DNA of 63,450 bases, filler included, from Pelomyxa schiedti (Eukaryota; Protista; Evosea), in NCBI GenBank assembly GCA_020536535.1. It is 12 parts of 12 records of this genome, joined end to end, with 100 filler letters (N's around TTAATTAATTAA, not from the genome) between each part and the next. Parts side by side here need not be neighbours in the genome. Positions count along the whole stretch, not along the records: positions 19,383 to 48,047 come from JAHLWZ010001019.1; positions 48,148 to 51,134 come from JAHLWZ010000299.1; 10 more parts are not named here. One strand, written 5' to 3'. The notes beneath the pieces are model-generated. The model was not told the DNA's origin, did no database searches, and saw nothing but the letters and a program-made list of their open reading frames with translations. The number at the start of each line of letters is the position of its first letter. Within the stretch, counting starts at the first letter, position 1. Below are positions 36,601-49,425 of the stretch, piece after piece. The position numbers were made by a program, and so were the translations under genes.

Positions 36601-39600
36601 ATGACAGAGGTGCGGGGGAAAGCCGATGTACCGGAGGTTGCACGAGATCCGTGCGCAGCTAAGAAGGAGGAAGAGAGTGAAACAAAGCCATCTGTACAAA
36701 CACAAACGAACACCGTTACCGCCAGTACCACCGCCGCCGAGGAGGAAAAGGAAAACGGCACAAGCGATCTCAAATCTCCCACTTCCACGTCGGTTTCTAC
36801 GTCTCCGCCACCGCCGGCAAAAACGCCTACGCCGCCAGCTGCCGACGTAGAAATGACGCCCGAGAGTGCCGCCAGCGCCAGCACTACTTCCAGTTCCAGT
36901 ACCGCCAGCGCGAGCAACAACACGGCCAAGGTGACTACGACTACTGAGGGCGACAGGGCGGAAAAGGATAAGCACAAGCACAGGCACAAACATAAGCACC
37001 ACAGCGACAGCGATTCTCCAAGCCCGTCTAAAAGGGACAGGGAGAGAGACAGGGACAGGGACGGTGGCAGGACCAAGGAGAAGGGTGACCGTAAGAGAAA
37101 GCCTTCTAGGGAAAGGGAAAGAGACAGGGATGCTGAGAGAGATAGGGAAAGGAACAGGGAAAGGGAGTCCGACCGAGATGCGGAGAGAGACAGGAGGGAC
37201 CGTGAAAGAGACAGAGATAGGGAAAGAGACAGGGACCGAGATAGAAAAGACAGAAGAGATAGGACAAGAGATAGTGATGCCGCTGATAGAGACAGAGAGA
37301 GGGACAGGGAAAGAGACAGAGATAGAAATAGAGATCGTGACAGGCGAGACACTAGACAAAACAGAGACAGAGATTCCTCGAGTGAACCAGACAAAAAGCG
37401 CCTTCCCCCAGAGTCTCCCTCTACAACGGTGGAGGAGCGCAATCCTAAGCGATCTAGGACAGATAAACCTGTTGATCCAGTCAAGCCTGTTGTGCTGAGC
37501 CCCCAAAATGAAGCGAGTGAACTTCCTGATACTTACACTAGTGCTTCTGCCAGTGCACTGAAGGCAGGGAAATCACCTGTATCACTAGAAGAATTACTCC
37601 GCAGGAGAGATGAAGAACAGAAGCAAAAAAATAGACCCCTGTTTCTTTCTAAGAAGGAGAGAGAAGAATTAGCTCTCAGACAACATCAGGAGGAGCTTGA
37701 TCGGGTCAAACAAAAAGAGGATGAGCTCAAGCGAACTGTAAGACTTTTTCCTTCTTCTTCATCTCACATAGTACAGAGAACTGAATTTATTGAACAAGCT
37801 CGAAAGTCTTATGACAGGAAGGATCGCATGCGTGACAGAGACCGAGACCGTGAACGTGAAAGAGAACGTGAAAGGGAGCGCGAAAGAGAGCGTGAAAGAG
37901 ACTCGAAACATGATACCTCAACAACTACCGCAACTACCTCTGCACCCAGTGGTTCTGCAGCCCGAGAGCAACAGAAAGAAGTTGAGGCACTCAAGGCACA
38001 GTATCTTGGAATAAAAGCTCCAAAGAAGAAGGTGAACTCATTCTTAACATTAATTGATCACTGACTCTTCCACAGGTTTTGAAACCAAGTGAAAAATTCA
38101 AAAGTGCTCGTATTCTTGACTGGGATTTGTCTGATGATACCTCAAGAGATGCCAATCCACTATACAATGAGAGGTACTATTTGAAGGTGAGGGGAGGCAA
38201 TGTGTGATGGTGTGCATTGATGTTTATTTGTTTTTTCCTACTCACTTACTAACATTTCTGTGCACATCAGGCTTGCTGTTCGCCCCCTCTTTGGTCGTGG
38301 CTTCATTGCAGGAATTGATACTCAAGAACAGTTAAAAGTATACAAAGATACCCTCACTGACAAAGAAAGGGAGAATAGAAGGGACAGAAAAATTGCTGTT
38401 GCCACACCTTCTTCTTCTACAGCAACCACCACAGCTACTACAACCACTACTCCGTCGGTACCACCCCCACCTTCCTCTTCATCTTCCTCTTCCTCTTCCT
38501 CTTCCTCTTCATCTTCCTCTCACTCTCACTCTCACTCTTCCTCTTCATCTTCATTCTCCACTTCTACCAGTACTTCGGCAAGTGGAAAGCCAAGCTCCGT
38601 TTATGAAAGCCTTGCAGCAGAGCGGGCTAAAATTGATCGTCAAATGCGAGATATCAAACGACGGGAAATGGGTGGACCACATTGGTCTGAGAAGTCTTTA
38701 GCAGATATGACAGAGCGTGATTGGCGTATCTTCAAGGAAGATTTCAGTATAACTACCAAAGGAGGTTCAATTCCCAATCCCATCCGAGAGTGGCCAGAAT
38801 CTGGTTTACCAAAGTATGACTCTCTTTCGACAACCAAAACTGATTTTTCTTCAGGTTCCTTCTTGACAGCATAGCAAAAGCAAACTATGTCAAACCTACA
38901 GCTATACAACGTGCTGCTATTCCCATAGGGTTGCAGTTCAGAGATATCGTCGGAATTGCAGAGACCGGCAGTGGCAAAACGGCAGCATTTGTAAGTTTTA
39001 TTCTAGAATGCAATTATTTGAATGTAACATAACCCTTAGGTCATTCCAATGATGGTTTACATCAGTATTCTACCTAAAATGACCGTGGAGACTGAAATTG
39101 ATGGTCCCTATGCCCTCATTATGGCGCCCTCTCGTGAATTGGCACAACAGATAGAAATGGAAGTAATCAAGTTAGCTAGGTTCTCCACTGTCAGAGTTGT
39201 ATCCTTAGTTGGTGGGCAAGCAATAGAAGAACAAGCTTTTGCACTTCGTAAAGGATGTGAAGGTAAATGAACCTTTTCCAGTTTGTACTTTTAACTTTAT
39301 CTTCAGCCATCGTGGCGACCCCTGGAAGAATCAAAGACTGCATAGATCGTCGATACCTCGTTTTAAATCAGTGCAACTACGTTGTCCTCGATGAAGCTGA
39401 CAGGTACTTCGTTTTGCATTATGTTTGATTTACCAAATGAAAAGAATGATTGAAATCGGTTTTGAATCCCAAGTCAATGCTGTGCTTGATGCCATGCCTT
39501 CTACCAACCTCAAATCCGAAATAGAACAAGAGGCAGAGCGCCAAGAAGCAGAACAACTACGACTCAAATCAGAAGGAAGAGTTCTTTACAGGACAACGAT

Positions 39601-40357
39601 CATGTTCAGTGCTACTATGCCACCGGCCGTCGAGAGATTAGCCCGTAAATTTTTACGCCGACCTGCCTACGTTTATATTGGCAATTTTGGCAGACCTGTT
39701 GACTCCGTGGAGCAGCGAATTTTGGTTACACACAGTGATGCGGCCAAGCGTGAACATACTCTTGCAATTCTCGAGGAAGCTGCGCCTCCAATTATGATAT
39801 TTGTAAACAAGAAGAGGGAGGCTGATGCACTAGCTAAAATGCTTGAAAAACTGGGTTACAGAACTACAAGTTTGCATTCAAGCAGGACTCAAGAACAGAG
39901 AGAAATTGCTATGGACGGTTTCAAGGTTCCTTCCTTTTCTGTCATCTTTCCTTTTAGTAAAACGCTTCCAGGCTGGCAAGTTTGACGTTCTAGTCGCTAC
40001 CGACGTAGCAGGTAGAGGTATTGATGTACCAGGAATAACAAATGTCATCAACTACGATATGCCAAAGAGTATGTTTTTGTTGGTAATCAACTTAGTAACT
40101 AATTCCTACCCGCAGCCATTGAGGACTACACCCACCGTGTTGGTCGCACAGGACGTGCTGGACTTAAGGGAATTGCTACAAGCTTTGTTTCTCTTACTGA
40201 CAACACTGACATCCTCTACGACCTCAAGACCATGCTCGTAGCCACCAACAACCCAGTACCAACAGAGTTGGCCAATCACCCAGCAGCACAAACAAACCCA
40301 CGGGATGCTGGTGCACAAAAGAGCCGCCGTGACACCATCATCTTTGCCACGAGGTGA
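36601..40357 (+). CDS. DDX23: U5 snRNP DEAD-box helicase Prp28/DDX23
   Basis: RD/RE-rich N-terminus; P.SLEELL; [10 protein letters not shown]; [16 protein letters not shown]; [36 protein letters not shown]; [13 protein letters not shown]; DEAD; [15 protein letters not shown]; [11 protein letters not shown]; [12 protein letters not shown]. Confidence 0.97.
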
Positions 40358-40477
40358 CAACCAAACCACACAACCCAAGAGAGCACACAGTGCCCCATTC
40401 CCTATTGAAACGAAATAAAAATAAAGGAATACATACTTCCCAGTTGTATGCTTCTCTATTTTTTTTTCTTCTTATTA

Positions 40478-43473
40478 TCACACATTTCTTTGAAGTGGTG
40501 CTTGCAGTGGGTGAGACAGTACCACAACACTGCAAGGTTCTCTAACGTGATAGCACCGGGTGCGCATTTTGTTGGTCGGGTGGTGGTCAATAACATCTAT
40601 GCTTGTGATATTGTGAACCCCGGCGCGGAGAGCCACGCACTGCACGTTGATAATCGCCTTCTCGAATTTGGCAAGTTGCCTGATGTTTGGTGTTGGTTGG
40701 GGGGTGAGGGGCCGAAAGGAAAGAAGAAGGGTCGTGGGAGTACCCGATTTCTCTGGACTGTGACAGGAAAATTATGGGTGGGTCTTCTTTCACTCTGGGA
40801 AGAGGGTTTAATTAGTGGGGTTTGTTTGTTTGTTGTTTTGTTTATATACTTGGAGTTTTCCAGTACTAAGGAGAGGTTGCGAGTTTGATGGGTCATATTG
40901 GCCACACAAACATCTAGGTTGAATACAGCGTTTGGATATACCGGGGAAGGGTCTTCTAGGAGAAAATTTTTGTTTATTGGTATAAGGTTTTTGGGTTAGA
41001 ATGCATTCTGTTTAAGTTTGTCAACGTTGGCATACAATCAATAGAGACCATAATGTCTGCAAAGTTTGGTGCGTTAATGCGAACGTCGTGGCGTGATGTA
41101 ATAAGGCCTTGGCAGCAGGGAATTCCCCTATAATTTGCAGTAAGCTACAACATTAGTTACTACCAACATACCAAACGATTAAACCCTGAGTTAAGAGTAA
41201 GTGAAATGGGACAATGAGGGAAAAATGAAACGCACACCCAGAGTGGATGGGGTTTCACGAGAGATGGAGGCATTCTTGCTGTGGGGTCAGCCCCAAGTTT
41301 GACTGCTGGTGGAAGAGCATCAACTCGAACAGCAAATTCGTATTTGTCTGCTGGAGATATGGATAGAGGAAGATTGGACTATAAAGTATGAAAAAGAGTA
41401 GATCACATGAATAAACATACTCTGTTAACGTGAATTTTCAGCGGAGACGACTGTGTTCTATCCTCAAAGAGATGAATGTGCAGATCATGAATGGTGAGAG
41501 GAAGTGTGGGATGAGTATTTTCCATTGCTATAGACAAGTAATTTCTTGTGCACACTGTGGCTTTATGGGAGCTAATCTGTCAATAAGTTTTAAACACTGG
41601 TACCACAAATGGTTATCACCTTCAAGGGCATGAGAACACGGCAAGGTTGACGTACAAATCGAGGTTGCAGTGAGTTTTGCTCACGGGACCCAGTCTGGGG
41701 ATTCAGTATGTCTTCGAGGTTCTCGTCTGTTTAAGAGTTACAGTTGGTTAAAAGTTAAGGTTTGTAGCCTGTGGGAACATTGAACAGTGAAGATGTTATG
41801 GCTACAGAAAGAAGAAGGCGCCTATTGAGATACTTGTCCTCCACAATAACGGGAATTTCGAGGGGCATTATCATTTCTTCATTGAATGTGGACATTAGGC
41901 TCGCAGAGTCGATAGGGGTGGTCTTACCAACCTCCAGATGGGAGAGAAAAGAAAACTTCTTGAAGATTGCTTTTTGGAGCAGAACCCCTCAAGTTGGTAT
42001 TTTCACAGGCATTACCAGAAGCATTTGAGTTGCTTGGGCAATTCCCTTGGTGCAATGCCCTGTGGTATGTCTGGCTCTCCACAACTGACGGGGAAACCGT
42101 GATTGAGGCCAAAGGACTACGAGGCATTGCAGGGGATAATTCATCAGCAGGATGCTCAGTGAATACAATATCTGTTCTCAAAGTACGATAGAAGTCACAC
42201 ATCTGATTTTTGGTAGGTGCTCCAACTTTTTGTGGCAGAGTTATCACCAGGTAAAAACGCAGAAGCTCTCCTTGGAAATAATAAGGGAATCCAGTGATTG
42301 AAAAGAACTCAATTAACCTTGAATGAGGTTTTGTCTGGAATTTTGAATCGGCTGAGTTTCAAAATCAAAAAAGGAGGAGTCCGGGATGAATAGTGTCATA
42401 TCCCTGCAAGCCAACTGAGACGTGACAGAAGTCGAGTGAGAAAACTTACCCATAAAGCATTACTGCTTCTGTCCACTTTAAAAACCCAGAGCCAGAATAA
42501 CTAACCACAGACACTGGACTAGGGGAAACACTTGACCTCTTTTCTCGGTTGCTAATCCCTTCCTACAATATAATGTTATAACACACAAGGGCATAACTTT
42601 GTATAACAATAATAACACCCACAAACCAAAACAGGAAAAAAACAAAGCCAAATCCACAGACTAACTACATACTGGACTAGTCCCAATTGGAGGGGGAGAA
42701 GTAACACGGAAAGAAGTGGACAAAGTGGACTGAGAGGGCGTTGGCGGAGTGACCGAAGTAGGAGGTGTCGGAACTAAATTAGGGGATGGCGAGCCCGGAG
42801 CGCTCGTGTTCAGAGCCGGGGACGACGAGGGCGATGTCAGAGGAGAGCTCCAGTTCAGGTTGGAATTCCCGCCGCCGCCCCCGGGGATCGAAGGCGACGG
42901 CGACCTGGAGCGCGTCGCCAGCGGCGAGGGAGGCACCGGGGACGACGAGAGCGGCGACGGCGGCCAGAACTGGGCGGGCGAGAAGGACGAGTTGGCAGGG
43001 TCCAGGGGAGACGACGAGGAGGAGGAGGAGGAGGCGCCGGTGCCGCTCGCGGCGGCGGCGGAGGAGGAGGAGGACGAGGGGTCCGAGGGGGTGGAAGGGT
43101 CTGTGGAGCTCTCGCCCCCGTCGAGGGGCAGCTCGGTGGATATCCCGGAGGATGGGGCGGGGGCGTAGAACGAGGGCGGGGGCGGCATCCACGACGAGGG
43201 GGAGGAGCCGTCGCCGAACATGGAGAGAGAGGACGAAGAGGGGTCTGCCGAGGCCGCAGCAGAGGCCGCCCCTAGTTGCTGCTGCTGCTGCAGCGAGACG
43301 TTGCTTATGTCGAGGCTGGTGCAGCGGCGGTGGGACTTGGCGGGGACGCCGGGGGGAGGCAGGGCGATGGCGTTGAGGCCCACGGCCACCGACGGCTTCA
43401 GGAAGTGCGGGGTGCGCTTGCTGCCATTGGGCGCCGTGCCCGTCGGCGGCGGTGTCACTGGCTGCTGGCTCAT
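40478..43473 (-). CDS. Multi-exon protein with Ser/Pro-rich N-terminus and Ig-like C-terminus; possibly TRAPP subunit (Trs65/TRAPPC13/14-like)
   Basis: Many GT-AG-bounded exons. The last exon QLAKFEKAIINVQCVALRAGVHNITSIDVID and internal LSIAMEN...LTIHDLHI resemble TRAPP Ig-like domains. The family call is weak. Confidence 0.5.
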
Positions 43474-45616
43474 GATGGGTTGTAGTTTGTTTTCGTAACG
43501 GTTAATGTTGCGGGATGGGTGGGTGGTTACTGGAGGAGTGGTGTGCGCTCTCTGTATCTGCCTGCTGAACCTCAGGACCCTAAGTTCTCTGAGGAGATTA
43601 TTGGGTCCTCAGATACATTCCTAATCACTTTCGGGGAATCTGGAGACGCTCCGTTTCGAAGGCAGACTCTAGGACAAAATTGAGGGAAAGACGGGCCTGT
43701 TGGAGTTAATGCTGTTGGCGGCGAACGGAGGGCACACAGTTATTTTTCCCACTCAAGAATACATTGTGGGTACATATTTCTATGATGTACTACAGAAAGT
43801 CGCGGATCCACTTGGGGCTTTACTTGGTACATTTGACTTCCATTATTACCAGGCAAGTTCATAATGAGTTAATACTTTATGGACTACCTATTCTAGCATC
43901 TACATACCACTCCGAGGAAGTTCTTTTCAACAGGATCCATTATGGGGCTCTGCTCGGCCGCATTCCCTTATTACCAGGCACCCAGGTAGTACTCTATGAA
44001 CCATTCTCCTTATCTACATGCCAACTCCAAGGAAGTCACTTTCCACAGCTATGCGGGAGATCATTTACTTGAGAAAGCGATCACTGTTTCCTTGAGATTG
44101 GAGCCTGGATGCTTCTTCATTGCGGAACAGTCTCCCAGAAGTGCCTCTGCCAATTATGAAGGTTAGAATCAGCCCCTATTGCTTATGACTGACAAACAAC
44201 TCCCGATTCTGGTTCTCCATAGAAATCGAGAACATGTCTCAGTTGGGCAACATAGTGTTGGGACTGGCAGCAAGGTTTCAACATAAACTTGCGCTTGCTT
44301 CCAATAGCAAACTCCCACATGCACCCAAACTCCAGCCTCTACTCCCTTATTGTTGCAACTGCAAAAAAAAAATTCTGAAGTCGAAATTCAACGTTGTTAC
44401 TTCTACTTGCACCGACCGACTTCAAATCATAAAAAAAAACAAAACCAACAAACATCGTTGGCCGTCAGTATCCACACACACACAAACAACGTCAACCACG
44501 AACATACATGGCAACAAGAGAGTTGGTTGTTACTACAACCGCACTACACCTATAGATCTGTGCGCGCCCCCATTGTACAACAACGTAGTCACTCAGTGCA
44601 CGGTTTTTCCTCCCTCATTTTTACAGCACCCGACACCTCATACTCATACTCGTGTGTACTGTTATATGCCTTACGAAAATCGATTGTATCTCTTTCAAAG
44701 GTTTCCACCCATTCACAAATTAAGACTGCATATCTAACCAAAGCCTAGACTCAGGTGTGTTGTGAGTGATCTTTGGGTTCAATCTCAATCTCAATTCCCG
44801 CGAAGATTAGTGAATGTTTATGTTTACTTCGGAGCTGGCCTTACGTACGGTCGCTGCCCTGCTGCAGGTAACACTTATAATTTTGATGTGTTTGATAACG
44901 CCAAAACACCTTACAGTGATGTTGTGCCTATCCCCGCTTCTGGTTGAATGGCACTACCCTTGTCCCCATTGTTTTGTGATGCAAGAACTCTTCAGTTCTA
45001 AAGAAGTTCCTTGTACCTTTACTATCTGATGTACTGCTTCTCAGTCCCAGGCCTTATAAAAATGGACAAAACAAAATACTTTCCTTACGACCTTCCACAT
45101 GTGGATTGCGTCGAAGGGTTTTAATTGGTAGGCGAAACACCAGGAAAAAAAAACGGAGACTGCCTCTGGGGAGTGTCCCACAAGTGACTGGGGCCTGATG
45201 GCGACGGGGTGGTATGACACGCGGGGGGCACGACGAACATGTGGGGCGACTGGCGGGCCATTGACCACGAGTGGGCGCCGTACCCCGCGAGAAAAAGACA
45301 ATCATGGGAGCTGTTCAACGACCCACGGGATCGAAAAGATGCTGGGCAACGCGCACATGATGGAGAAACAGCCATTTTATGTGCTCTGTTGGCGGGTTTG
45401 TTTCGTTGCTTTTACTCTCTCTTGTAAGGCAGGCAAAATGGAACTGGCACAAAAAAGTGAAACAGATTCCCATACACAATGACGACACTCATAAAATTTT
45501 GCAGCTACTTGCGGACTTGTCAACGTCACGTAGTGTTATTCCCACTTTATTGGCCTGTGAGAACTCCTTCTCCATCAGGCAAATAAACGCGGATGACATT
45601 TGGACTGATGGCGCTT

Positions 45617-45812
45617 CTGTGTCTGGGATCCTCTGGTATTACTGATTATATACAGTAGTAACTGAATTGCCAAAACGACCAGCAAACTTACTTAGAGGAA
45701 TGACTTGTGACTTTTCTGGTTATCTCTGTGTCTGGGATCCTCTGGTATCACCGATTTCTTAACAGAAGTAATTAAATTACCAATAAGACCCGCGAACTTA
45801 CTTGGAGAAATG
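45617..45812. repeat. Diverged direct duplication (~109-bp period)
   Basis: CTGTGTCTGGGATCCTCTGGTAT...GACC.GC.AACTTACTT.GAG.AATGA occurs at ~45617 and ~45726. Confidence 0.75.
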
Positions 45813-47164
45813 ATCCCATCGGGCAACGTTCCAAAATTACTGAACTATGCGGCGTAAGCATGCGAAACCCCCCGTGTGTTTTATCAGGGTATGATGATGG
45901 TTTAGTTGGCGGCACTGTGAGGTAATAGCACTATTCTATCTACACACTGAAGAACACCACCAAAAATGACAATTCAGTTCTAGTCAATTTCGAGGCTTAC
46001 CAGTGAGTGGCATTTGCATCCAACACTCGCTGTCACTATTTCAGTTGGAATGAGTCTGGAGGAAAACGTCTTAAACAAGGATCGGCGTGCATTTTTTCAA
46101 AATTCAGGCTTTCAGCCAACAAAAGCAAGGGGGGAGTTGCACTTGATCCAGGGTACACAGACAGCCCTTTATGCTGGAACCTGGTTGAATGACAAGGTAT
46201 CTTCTGTTCGGCACTTTGGGTTTCTCATATTTCCTTAGCGAAACGGCTTTTGAATGTTTCAGTTCAGGTCGACCTTATGGTCTGTGCCTCTCTTTCACTT
46301 TAAAACACGAAATCAAATAACTTCATTAAAATGCGGAATTGTTTTGAGAGCCTGTACAATTACAATTGTGGGCATGTGCTGTGCAAGTGTGGTGCTATGT
46401 GGGTTTGTGTTGGGGATGTGTGTTGGTGTTATGGTGACAGTGGAGAAGAACAGGATTCGGAATCAAACAAGCGGAGCTGGCCCAGCCATAAAATGTCCAA
46501 CGGGGGGGTAACAAACAGCAGCAGTGCGCAACACGGGTCTGTGAGTGAGGGACTGTGCGTTCCAGCAACTGAAGTCACATGTGGCACTTTGTTGATTCAA
46601 GGAGCAAGGAGCGTTGCTTGAATTGGAATTTGGGTGGTCACGTTCAGAAGAGAAGAGAAAGGCCCTTTCATCAGTCACTTTTCTCCCAAGGCACACACAG
46701 GCACTTCTTTCTTTTTGGGGGGTTTTATTGGCATTCACACTCTCTCAGTGAGTGGGATTCCAACACACACACACGCGGCCTTTTTTGGGGGGTTTGAATC
46801 CCGTTGAGACAACCCGCCCAACAGCCCCCCTGCGACACCAAAGGCAGCACACCAAACCCCCGGTTCCACCAGACAAGTTGGGCCTTTGTCTGGGGTTGGG
46901 GGTTCGGCGTGCCACGCTCTGGGCAGCAAGGGGGTGGGTTGCTCGTGTGGGATTTTCGTGTGGTTGTGCTGTTGTTGTTGAATCCCTTCTTTTTTGGGGG
47001 GGTTGGAGAGAGCGTGTGTCACTTCTTTTTTGGGGGGGTGCCAAGTGCCTCTAAGTCTCATCATCATCGCACTCACGGGAACTCAACGGGAAGAGGGGTG
47101 CATGTTTAGTGCTTTGTGAGTTGTGGTGGATGTGTTGGTGAGACCAGTTGTGTGCTGAACCGGT

Positions 47165-48047
47165 GTTTCATCCTCATAATCTCTCTTGTGTTCTATTTTC
47201 GAGGTTAGACAGCCCGTACTTCCCGATTCTTAACAAACCTGAAGTTGTTGTTGAATCTGAAGCCAGTTGTCGAGCACTTGTTGATTGATTGTTACGCAGA
47301 TCGCAGACTTTGATTGACATTGCCAACAAACACCTTTGTGTGCCAACTGACCACCCGACGAAGGTGGTTCCGAGGCTGGCAAGAAAGTGGCTTGTTGCCC
47401 AATCATCTTGGTTGCTTTTTTGGGGGACTGCTGACATCTGTCACCAAGTCAGAAAAAAAAAAAGATGGAAGGAAATCAAGATCAAACCTGAAACAACAGG
47501 AGTGCTCTCCCTCATGAGGAATGAACGCAACATAACCAACTCGCAATACTTCGTGGTGCTTCGTCATCATTTCATCTCTTCTGTGTTCTGTTTTTCAAGG
47601 TTAGACAACCCAACATACTTTGTGACCCTTCAAACCTGAAGTTGTTGTTGAATCTGAAGCTATTGTCGAGCACCGTGTTGATTGTGCGTGATTGCAGACC
47701 CCTTGATTGGCATTGTCAACACCTTTGTGTGCCAGCTGACCACTCGACGAAGGTGGTTCCGAGGCCGGCAGAAAGTGGTTGATTGTGCTGATTGCCAATC
47801 ATCTTGGTTGCTTTTTTTTGAAAAAGGTCAGAAAAAGAAGGGAATTTAAAAGTGAAAATTGAACCTGAATCAACGGGGGTGCTCACTCGAATGAACAGAA
47901 AGAACACGGAGTGAGGTACCTCTTTCTCATCATCTCTCGTATGTTCTGTTTGTGAGTGAGTCATACAAGCATGCTTGGTGAATCTTGAATCTAACCTGAA
48001 GTGTAATCTGAAGCTGGTTGTGTCATCAAGCACTTGTCAATTGATTG
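47165..48047. repeat. Diverged tandem repeat, ~380-400-bp unit, ~2.3 copies to contig end
   Basis: AAACCTGAAGTTGTTGTTGAATCTGAAGC, ACACCTTTGTGTGCCA.CTGACCAC.CGACGAAGGTGGTTCCGAGG and CAATCATCTTGGTTGCTTTTTT recur at ~47235/47632, with a partial third copy at ~47993. Confidence 0.85.
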
Positions 48048-48147
48048 NNNNNNNNNNNNNNNNNNNNNNNNNNNNNNNNNNNNNNNNNNNNTTAATTAAT
48101 TAANNNNNNNNNNNNNNNNNNNNNNNNNNNNNNNNNNNNNNNNNNNN

Positions 48148-49425
48148 GTGGTTGTACTAGGCGTTGTTTCAGCACTTTTCTTTTCCTCACATGGGTGTGG
48201 AGGGGTGGTGTCGGGAATTGGTTGGTGACTGTGGGATTTGTGGGTTTGGGTGTGGTGTGTGAGGCTTGTTTGTTGGTGTTCTGAAGAGTTCTGATTGGAA
48301 GAATGGTGCTGGGTGGAATTGTGCCTGGAAGAGTAATGCGGGTGATCAGAATTGTTGGAATGATCAAGGGAATCATGGCGTGAAGAAGCAATGTGATTGT
48401 GGGCTGGTGAGTGATGGTTGTTGTGGTTGTGGGACTCAGTCTTTTTTGCTGAGTGTTGCATGTGTACATCAATGGATGCGAAGTACTCACTGGGAGGGAT
48501 GACTGTGTTGCTTCTTACCTGGTCAATCATATTCAAAAGGTGTCTCAACCTTTTGGAGTGTGAGTAGGAAGGAAGTGTTGCAGAATACGTACTTACCCTC
48601 TGGTCCAGTAGTCGGCTTCAGTTTTCCCTTCAGTGATGAGTTTCCACATTCTATCATCAGAGCAAAGAACAATTCCGGTAAGAATTCGGTCTGAAACAGA
48701 AGGTTGTTCCAGACCGATGTGCAGAGCCATGACAGAGTGAAGGTCAATGACACCCTTTGATAAGCAGTGGAATGAGTACTTAATGGTGATACAGTGGATG
48801 TACCTTTAGACAAGAAGGCGAGCCGGAAGCGTCTGAATAGTACTGCAATTGCGTCAAATCAGATAGCGAATTCTGAAACCACCTTTGCCATTACTTATTG
48901 AGAGTGTCAGATGGCATCATACTGCAGGTGTTACTATATTATGAAAATACAAGAATACCTTTGCAACATTGCCATCAAATCAATCGATCGTTCAACTCAC
49001 AAACAATAATAACAATTAGTATTTAATTAAAATTATAAATCTCGAATAATAATTGTACCAATAGTAATAGTCATTTAATTGTTGGTATCATAAACACAGC
49101 GAGATCTGTACCTTCTTTTCCAGTGAGATCCCTTCGCGTTTTTTCCCTGTAATATAAGCCACCCCCTCATCAGCAGATCTCCTTCGTCGACGACGTACCA
49201 CGGCCGCGTAAGGCGACGAGATCCCGGCGACGCCGATGCCGATGCCGACGCGGCCGACGACAGCGAGCCGGGCGACGACATCGCCGACGACGCGGCGCAC
49301 TCGTAGATCCTTGGCGGGGCCAAACATTTGCGAGGGAGAAGCCCCCTTTGCGATCGCGCGCACGTTGGGTTGATGATGGGATTATTAATACCGAGGGCGA
49401 CGAGGTCTTGATTTGAAACTTTCAT
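48148..49425 (-). CDS. PH-domain protein (partial; exon joins uncertain)
   Basis: LLMRGWLILQGKNAKGSHWKRR (PH beta1-2); KGVIDLHSV and RMWKLITEGKTEADYW (PH C-terminal helix) at ~48600-48765; His-rich tail. Confidence 0.65.

Noticed and set aside
36510-37506. Long minus-strand ORFs (LSLSLS..., 324 and 307 aa)
   Set aside because: Antisense of the RD/RE repeat region of DDX23.
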